DNA of 64,000 bases from the human T2T-CHM13v2.0 reference genome, Homo sapiens. The notes beneath the pieces were generated by a model, which saw only the letters and a list, made by a program, of their open reading frames with translations, did not search any database and was not told the origin of the DNA. The DNA is taken from NCBI RefSeq assembly GCF_009914755.1, contig NC_060935.1. One strand, given 5' to 3'. Positions 55,396-64,000 of the stretch are shown here, piece after piece. A program made the translations under genes and the position numbers. How positions within the stretch are numbered: the stretch's first letter is position 1; each line of letters begins with the position of its first letter.

Positions 55396-57419
55396 AGTCC
55401 TATTTTTTATTCATCTTTTCAGTATATCTGACATGTCTAAAAAACAAAATCTATTTCTAAATTATCTTCTTACGATCACACAAAATCTAAAGTCAAGCGA
55501 ATGTCCCACAGATTACTGTTTGCAAGCCAATTCCTTACATTTCCCTAAACAACTATTCGGAAAGATTTTAGGTTCAGGATGCCCAGAACAATTTCTGCAA
55601 TATTTTCCCTCAAACATGAAGAAACCACTTCTGTTGAAGCCTTTGGTTCATGCCTTGGTGCTGTGCCGCAAGCAGATAAGTGTTAATTACTTGTTTTAAA
55701 AAGGCCTAGAGCATTTTCATTTGGCATAACTGGCAGAGAGGCCTAGACTAGTTTGTAATAATGTCCCATGATGTGACTTTTAACATACTCTGTGGCCAGT
55801 CATACTGAACATCTTATTATTCCCTAAATAAGCCATGACCTTTCACACCTTGCACTTGATCAGTGAAATCATACTTTTCCATTTGAAGGAAGCTGAAGGC
55901 TTTATATTCTTGGTGAAGTCTTCTCTGTCTTCCTTAGAATTAATCAGTTTTCTTCAATACTTCAATTACATCACACTAATAAATAGTTTCTTGACTATAC
56001 ACAAATGACTATAGTGAGTTCCTTTAATGCAGGGTTTATGTCTGGTTTCTCTCTGTGCCACCTGCACTAGCACAAGCCCTTGTGTATGGTGGTTGCTGAG
56101 TATATTCTTAGTTAAAATGCACACATACACACAATTTTACTGACTCACAATTATAGTTAAACAAATAATTACAAGTTTATCTGTTTATTCTGCCTTACTG
56201 AAAGGTCTCCAGAGGTGAGAATTATGTAAACCAAATGTCTATACATACCCTGTGGAGCTCAATACATCACTTTTTTATTGAGTGCTTAACAATTTGCTTT
56301 TAAGCACTCAATTCATCCCTTCATTCTGAGAATCTTCATTACCTAGAATAACACAAAGGTTAAATTGATGGAAACATAAACACACAACATAAAAGCTTCC
56401 TGGAATATAAGAGATACCATACTTTTTAAACATGACATACCAAAATTAAAATTCTTGAGTTTAGACTTCTTGTCTGGCTATTACAACTTGGGAGGAACTT
56501 TGCCTGAGTAACAGATACCTCCTGGGAAGGCAGATGGCTCCAGCAAGGCAGGTAACTTTGGAAGGACTCACAAGGAACAGTGAAGAAGAAGGCAAAGATC
56601 TTCTGAACCAACAAAGGTCAACTAGATCAGACTCGTGGATTCTTTAGGCTATGAGATATCAGAACAGCCAGATTATGTTCTCAGCTGGGTAAGCACTCTT
56701 AGAACTCACTGATCCAAAATTCTTCCCTCTATACCCAGGGAGGTTCTAATGGTGCACCTGTCCATTAGCTCCTCCACATAAGCATGAACAACAAAGTGGG
56801 ATGGGGGAAAAAAAAAAACTACGGGAAAAAATCCATTGAGAAGGAAAACAAAAGAATTATACTGCTTTCACCTTTAAGGACTTCCAAAAGCTAAAGTTAG
56901 AAAGATGAGACAAATTGCCTAATTAGAAAGTGATAAACATATGAATCGTAAGTGGTAAACTGGTAAATTATGAATCAGACACTGTCTTTAAACATGAAGC
57001 AGTCAATGAACTTCAGAGTCATCAGAGAGTATTTCATGAGGAGAATAGGTTTTGAACTGGATCCTGAAATATTGAAACAATTTGGATAGGTGATAAATAT
57101 CAGGGTTCCTTTGGTAGTCAGAGAATTAATTTATACTGAACTTAGAACCACATGAATTAGGAAAAAGAAGAATCTAGAGTGTATCTTCTCTCTTCTGAGG
57201 AGCACACAGAGCTTGAACCCCTAGGAGGAGGCAGTTACTGTATTACCAGTGCTGAATCCTTAAAAATAACAGTGCTAAGAGCAATTAACAGGTGACCACA
57301 CAGGCTTCATTTGCTATTTACAACGGATTACACTGTTGTTTTTTTTCATGTAGGTTTGATGTTGAAAATTCCAAGTTTATACATAGGAAAAAATTAATTG
57401 TAAGAATAAAATAATAGCA

Positions 57420-57630
57420 TATAGTACTTTAACTGTATGGGCTAGAATTTAGAGTTTACCAACGCTAATACAAGAATTATATCAATTGATCTTGATCAGC
57501 CCTCATGGAAAGTTATGATATCCACTTTACAGGATGAGGAAGTGAGTATTGCCAAGTGTCTATGGTTGGTCAGCCAAGAAAAGCACCCAGACTTGAAATC
57601 GTATGCATTTTCTATCACAAGATGCAGCCT
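57420..57630 (-). mobile_element. MIR fragment
   Basis: ccactttacaggatgaggaagtgag core. Confidence 0.55.
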
Positions 57631-58218
57631 TCTTAACATTAAGAAAAAATTTACCAAAAGACTGCTTTAAATAAAAGCCTCCAAGCTACATGTCAAACAT
57701 AATCAATTAGTCACAACAAATTGAACACTACTTATTGATAACATACTTAAGGAAGCACAAATTGTATAGATTCCATTGGTTGACCATTGCTCCCTAGATA
57801 AAGAGATTTGAGAGCCAGTTCCCTTGCCTCAAATCAAAATAGTATAGAGTAGAACATACAACTCTCTCCTACCCCTATCAATTAATGGAGATCAACAATT
57901 AGGAGCTATTGTCCCTATCAATCAAATCTATAACATAATTTTTATAAGAGTGATTACAGTGACCTCTCTTCCTCAAAAGACAGCAATGAAAGATAGAAAA
58001 GAAATATTAATTGTATTTTCTCTTTTTTTTCTCAAAACAGTTTTCTTAGAATCATATTATGACAGCAACCACAATAAAAAGCTATGAATCTTACAGAAAT
58101 AGATTTTCCAATTTTAACATTTGGATTTGTTTATTCCAAGCCTATACAAAACTTCCAACAAAAATTCAGCATATATAAGATCTCTTTTAGTGCTTGGTAA
58201 ATGTTAAAAATGGATATA

Positions 58219-58524
58219 GAGGCGGGCACAGTGGCTCATGCCTATGATCCCAGCAACTTGGAAGGCTGAGGCAGGCAGATCACTTGAGGCCAGGAGTTCA
58301 AGACCAGCCTGACCAACACAGTGATACCCTGTCTCTACCAAAAAAAAAAAAAATACAAAAATCAGCCAGGTGCGGTGGTGGGTGCCTGTAGTCCCAGCTA
58401 CTCAGGAGGCTGAGGCAGGAGAATCACTTGTACCCAGGAGGTGGAGGTTGCAGTGAGCCGACATCACACCACTGCATTCCAGCCTGAGTGACAGAGTGAG
58501 ACCCTGTCTCAAAAAAAAAAAAAA
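58219..58524 (+). mobile_element. AluS/J SINE
   Basis: Full dimer with an extended middle A tract. Confidence 0.93.
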
Positions 58525-59849
58525 TGTACAGCAGAACAAGGCACTGTGGAAAAATATGCCATTATTTGAAAAGAAACAGGCAATAATTTTTGAAAATATA
58601 ATTTTTAAGAAACATTTTACTGCAATAGAGAAATATAGCAAAATGGAATAAATTACTCTTTCTTTTTGTGTCTCACATCTGAGGCAGGTCCAGCAGCTAA
58701 GTGCCTTCCCTCAATTCTGCCTGGAATGTGCCACATTATTGATCTCCTGGGTCTTTTCCAGGAGAAGTTCCCACAGATCCTGCAGTAGTCACGGTGCCTG
58801 TGATGAAGTTTCTACTATAGCTCTAAAACAGATGTAGCAACTTGGCCTGCAAACTCGTTTCTCAAAAGCCCCCCCATGCAAACTACCGAGTCTAACACTG
58901 AAATCCTAAAGCATTCCCAAGGGCCTCTAAGCCAGCTAAAACAGTGTGATTTACACAGCTACACAGCTGATGCCTTAGGTCTAAGAGGAAGCATGGTAAA
59001 TTAAAATAGAGTCTCTGACAGTATTTGGCTAAAACCATGCTTGCTTACATGCGTATAGGCATACTATAGAAATAGTTTCACAAATGGCTTTTCTGTTGGA
59101 CATATTTAAACATTAAAATCATGTTAGTAATTGGTTTTCCTTTCTTAAAAAAAAGAAATGTTTAATATTACAGAATCAGGAATTTTTTTTCTTTTATTTT
59201 ATGGGACAGATACTATAAGGTCCCTAATTTGTATTTAAGGAAGGTATGCCCCCTTCGTTCAATACATTTCAGTCCTGCAGCCCTTCTCTCTACTTCTGCA
59301 TTAACCAGATAGAGCTACTGGATCAGGAAACACTTTACCCAATGTGACTGAGCTAAGAGCCTCTGGGGTATATATTCAAAAATTGATTTACATTGTATTA
59401 ACTGCAGCAACAGTGTTCTTAGATATGGCACTGAGTATTTGCAGGGAAAGGCTGACAAGCTGTCTTTAATGAGTCAGTTTTCACAGCTTGCTGCAAAGGT
59501 TCCTTAACTATGCCCTTCAATGAGGCCTAAGCGAAGACTTACTCCTTAGGAATTAGGTTTTATGTACTTTTAGAACAGAGCCTACATTGTTCCTATAATA
59601 AATAATTATAATAGCCATTATATAACTAATGGCTTTATAATCTTGATTTTGACTTGTTCCAAAATCTACACCTCATTGCAAAAATGATCTAATGTTCAGG
59701 GACTTGTAAGTGTAACAGACCATGAGGATTGAGTAAGCTGTCAGAAATAACTACAGTCATATCTATCAGAATAGAAACAAATCTGGCTGGCAATAAAGGA
59801 GAAGCTGACATTATATAAACACCCCCAGCAAATGTTAAACAAACCTCAT

Positions 59850-60270
59850 ACGTGTGCCTTTCTATACATTTTCTACACATGATCCCACGTAATTGTTACA
59901 TCAGCCCTATGAAGTGAGGGTGACTATTTCTAGTTTAAAGATGAAGAAACTAAAGCTTTGAGAAAAAAAGGCCCCTAAGCCATGGCTCAGAGAGCAAGGT
60001 GATGTTCCTAAGATCACATAGCTAGTGTATATCAGTGCCAAAATCTGAACCTGTGGATATCTGACTCCAAAGGCAAGGATTTTTCAACTACATCATGTGG
60101 TCTCCCAATTTGTTCTGTAGCTTCTTTATATGCCTAAATTGGCTTATGATTACTGCTTACCAGGGAACAGCTATGTGTTCTGGGCTTATTAACTCATTAA
60201 ATCCTCAGAAGAAATTCATGGAAGAGGTAATTTTATTATTCTTATTTTACAGAAGACAAAAGAAACGTGT
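59850..60270 (-). mobile_element. Two MIR fragments
   Basis: agatgaagaaactaaagct...agatcacatagctagt...tctgactccaaag and taactcatttaaatcctca-like text. Confidence 0.6.
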
Positions 60271-61185
60271 CTGTGATCGCACCCAGCAGAACAACCGAGG
60301 ACCTACTCCCTCACCCTCTGCGCTATCTCAAATCTCTACATACAACAATAGCAAAACAGACTGCAAATATGACCCACTGCTTTTACAATGTTAAAATCAA
60401 CTGAAACGATATTCTGACAACAGCTTTTCTCACAGATTACTAGACATCTCTGCCAAAGGAAATTAAAACATGCCTCCAGAAAAAAATCAGGACTAATTCT
60501 GATCTTCTTGAAAGAAACTATTATATATTAATAGAGTCATATCATGGGCACATGGATAAGTAATTATCATAATTTTGAGAAATATAAAGCCTCTTTTAAA
60601 AAAGGTGCACAAATGATGTTGGCTTATCTGACATAGGAGTCAATGTGATGGACTTACATAAACAGAAGAAAATCAGTAGTGATTACCCAGAAGAAAATAG
60701 AATATGATCATCTTGGGATTTTCAACATTTGTCCTGCATGCTTATTCCATCTCATATTTTTATGATTGATCCAAGTAAAGAATGAGTCACTCCATAGGGG
60801 GGCTGAGAACATGCCAGGTCGAAGATTTTCCTGTGACATTAAACAATAGCTTAGAAAAAGCAAATAGAATCTACTACAAAATTATAAAGCAGCTAGAGTT
60901 TGCATGGTTCTTTTCCCACTCGCTGAGTGACTCTTTTCACCACTTTGTGGTCCCCCAGCTCCTGGGTGCAGGCATTCATCTTGTTTTCAACTAGCTGAAA
61001 CCTAAATGATTTTAAGTTTCACAAGCTAGCAGCCCTTCTAGGAGAATTTGATTTTTCACTGGGAATTCTGGATGGTTTCAAGATGAAAAGTTACATTTTA
61101 CTGATCAAATTCTAGAGAAAAGTGATGGGGGGAGGTGATGGGAGATTTGAATCATCCTACATGGGGCAGCTCTGGAAGGGTCAGT

Positions 61186-61221
61186 GCACACACACACACA
61201 CGCACACACATACACACACAC
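61186..61221. repeat. (CA)n microsatellite
   Basis: Direct reading. Confidence 0.9.
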
Positions 61222-61519
61222 TATCACACCAATTGAGTGCTCTGTCTCTATTGAAAAGACACATTTTCCCCAGCTACGTGTTTTCAGATTGAATACCTTG
61301 GAGCCAAGGGGTTCCTCTAGGCCTACCCCTACAGTACAGAGAAAACTGAGTGGGCAAACTTCTGCTCCTCCTCGCTTGCCTTCAAACAGAACTTCTCTTC
61401 CTTTATTGGTTTGATTTATCAAAGTTCTGTGGAATAGTTCTCAAATGTGTACACTTCCCACAGTTTCCTTCTAAGTTTGCTCTTTCCTCCCTCATACTTT
61501 TCAAACCCCCTCACTCCCT

Positions 61520-63255
61520 CACTCCCTCACTTTTAGCCAATGACTCTAAGTTTCTCTTTACTGAGAAAACAGAATCTATGCGGCTTTAACTCCCTCTTCA
61601 AATAACATCTCCAAAACACAGAATGTCATGGGCTCCACCCACCTTCTCCTTCTCCTTTCCTAACAAAGGCCATTCCCTCGCATGCTTCTGAATCCCACTC
61701 TTTGGCTTTGCAAGGTCTTTGAATTTCTGTTCATCCTCTCTCTTTCTGATCTAGTATCTCCAATCATTAAAAAAAATTCCTCTTAACCTCACAACCTTCT
61801 CCAGCTATTGCCCAATATCTCAATTCCTTTTCAGAGAAAAAAGTCTTTAAAGACTTGCTTACATGTGCTGCCTGCCTTATCATTCCACATTCATTCTTCA
61901 CCTCACTCTACTCTTGCTTCAGCCTCCGCCACTCCACCAACTTCTCTTATCTTAAACCTTAAACAATCTTTGTGTTGTTCCATCTGATTGAACATGCTTT
62001 GCCTCTTAAATTACCAGCCCTCTCAGCAGTGCTTGGCACAATAGCCACCTCTCTATCTTGATACCCTAGCTTTCGTGGCCATCGTATCAGCACATCTTCT
62101 TGATTTTCCTGAAGCCTTTCCTGGCCTCCTCCTACCCTCCTTCAGCAACAGCTGCTGGCCCTTCCTCCTCTAACTCGATCCTCAAAGTTGGAATTCCTTG
62201 GGGACCAATCTTGCCCCCAACCCCACCTCTTCTTTCCTCTTTGCATACAAGTCTCCACAGGTCTTCTCATCCATAAAATATAATTTATACGCCTCAAAAT
62301 GCCAAAATGTATATCTGAGCATCAAAATCATATATCCAAAAACCTACTTGAGATGCAAGCATCTCAAACTTCACTTTTCTAAAATCAAACTCCCCACCTC
62401 CATCCTCAAAGTTTGTCTTCCTTTTCAGAAAATAGTATTATTATCTACCCAGCTGCCCAGGACAAAAAAAATTAGTGCTCAATCTTGAAGTACCCTTCAT
62501 CTAATCATTTGACAAGTTCCATTCATTCTGTTATCTATAACTATACACGTATATACAAACACACATAGTCAGTTTTTTCTCCAACTGCCCTGCCAAAATG
62601 TTAGCCATGACATCATCCCATTCATTGACAAATACAACAGTCTCCAAGCTAGTTTCCCCATGCACTTTTTCTTCCTCCAACCCACATTGCCAAGTAAAAT
62701 TCTTAAGACATGTATCAGGTCTTGATCCTCTCTTTTTTAAAAGCCTTGATGTCTTTCAACTCAGTTCAAAGCAAAAACTCATAAAAATGCCCACAAAACT
62801 TTGCATGATGTGACCCCTGCTAGGTTTCCAACCCTGCTTCCAGTTCACGACGTAGCAATCACACTGGTCTCCTTCCAGTTACTCAAAGGCATCAAGATCT
62901 TTTCTGCCTAAACTTTTTTTTCCTGGTAGGTGCCTGTATATGGACGTATCTTCCCTTCTCTCTTACCTTATTCACCTCCACTTACCCTTCAGATCTCAGT
63001 TTAAATACTATATCTCAGATTCCTTCTCTGATCACCTACCAAACCTCAATTAGAATCCCCAGTATTCTTCCCTTATTGAAATATATTTATTTGTTTGTTT
63101 GTTTGTTCTCTCTTCACTCTTTAGTGTCACCCAACTAAACTATAATCTCCATAATGGAAAGAGTTTGACGTTTTTTTTTCAATACTGTATACGCAGCACT
63201 TAGCACAGTGCACACAATACACCTAAGAATTACATATAACTTAATAAATAAACAA
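61520..63255 (+). mobile_element. L2 (ORF2 end and 3' UTR), diverged
   Basis: Pyrimidine-rich L2 text (ggaattccttggggaccaatcttgcccc, catctcaaacttcac, agcacttagcacagtg). Confidence 0.7.
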
Positions 63256-64000
63256 TATTTTGATTATTGAAAACCACTCATTCCACTGAAGTAGGCAGCT
63301 CTCTCAACCCTAATCTGGGTTCCATAAGTAGGAGGCTGGAGGGAGACTAACAAGCTCCTGCTTTCAGTCACCAAAAGACCCTGCCATCCACACCTAAAAT
63401 TCTCCTCATAAAATCAGTTTCCTGTCACACAGTCCTTACTGTCTTAGAGACAAAAAAATGGTAAAAAGAAAATGAGAGAAGAAGAAGGAGGGAGGGAAAG
63501 GAAAGAGAAAGACTTATTTTTTGGAGATGAAGCACATTCAATATGTAAGAAGTATTCTTACCATTTTCCTTTAAGATTTAGTCTATAAAACATGCTCCAT
63601 AGAAAAGTCTATCATCTCTGTAATGAACACTTGCGCATGAAATCTCCGTTACTGTTAGTGTTTGGAAAGGCCAAATATACAGCTCCAATCCTGAGAAGGA
63701 TGCATCCTACAAACTCTAATATCCTATTTATCTCTTTATATATTTCACACTAGAAATGAAATCCCTCTTACTGATATATGAGGAGATAAAAATGTGAGTT
63801 AGCTCTATTAGTTCTGAAGCAGATTATTCCACAGCCTGTACTTTGAAACAATAACTCATTCAATACTCCCCCAGTGGCAAGGAAGAATTAATACAATCTG
63901 CAGATGTGCCTAAACATATTCCCAAGGGAATTACTTAGGCACTTGGAGAATCTGGTATTAAGTTCTGAATCTCCTGTTATTATTACAGTAAAATTTTCTG

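Overview
AT-rich, repeat-dense primate (human-like) genomic DNA. The only convincing protein-coding gene is the intronless DDI1 (+, 4705..5895, 396 aa), with a ubiquitin-like domain, helical HDD region and retroviral-like aspartyl protease carrying the DSGA motif. From established knowledge, DDI1 is a retrogene paralog of DDI2 nested antisense in the large first intron of PDGFD (11q22). I see no PDGFD exon, so the window appears entirely intronic. The rest is Alu, L1, L2, MIR and L3/CR1 elements, MaLR/ERVL solo LTRs (MST, THE1, MLT1, MLT2A), DNA transposons (Tigger2a, MER81, MER119, MER53) and microsatellites. Repeat family calls are from memory of consensus sequences and need RepeatMasker/Dfam confirmation. 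I found no convincing novel multi-gene system. The best leads are a 44-bp-arm near-perfect hairpin at ~36.3 kb, a chain of three uORFs before the DDI1 start, a strong splice donor inside the intronless DDI1 CDS just upstream of a proximal poly(A) signal, and an unidentified GC-elevated block at ~46 kb that may be an old processed pseudogene.
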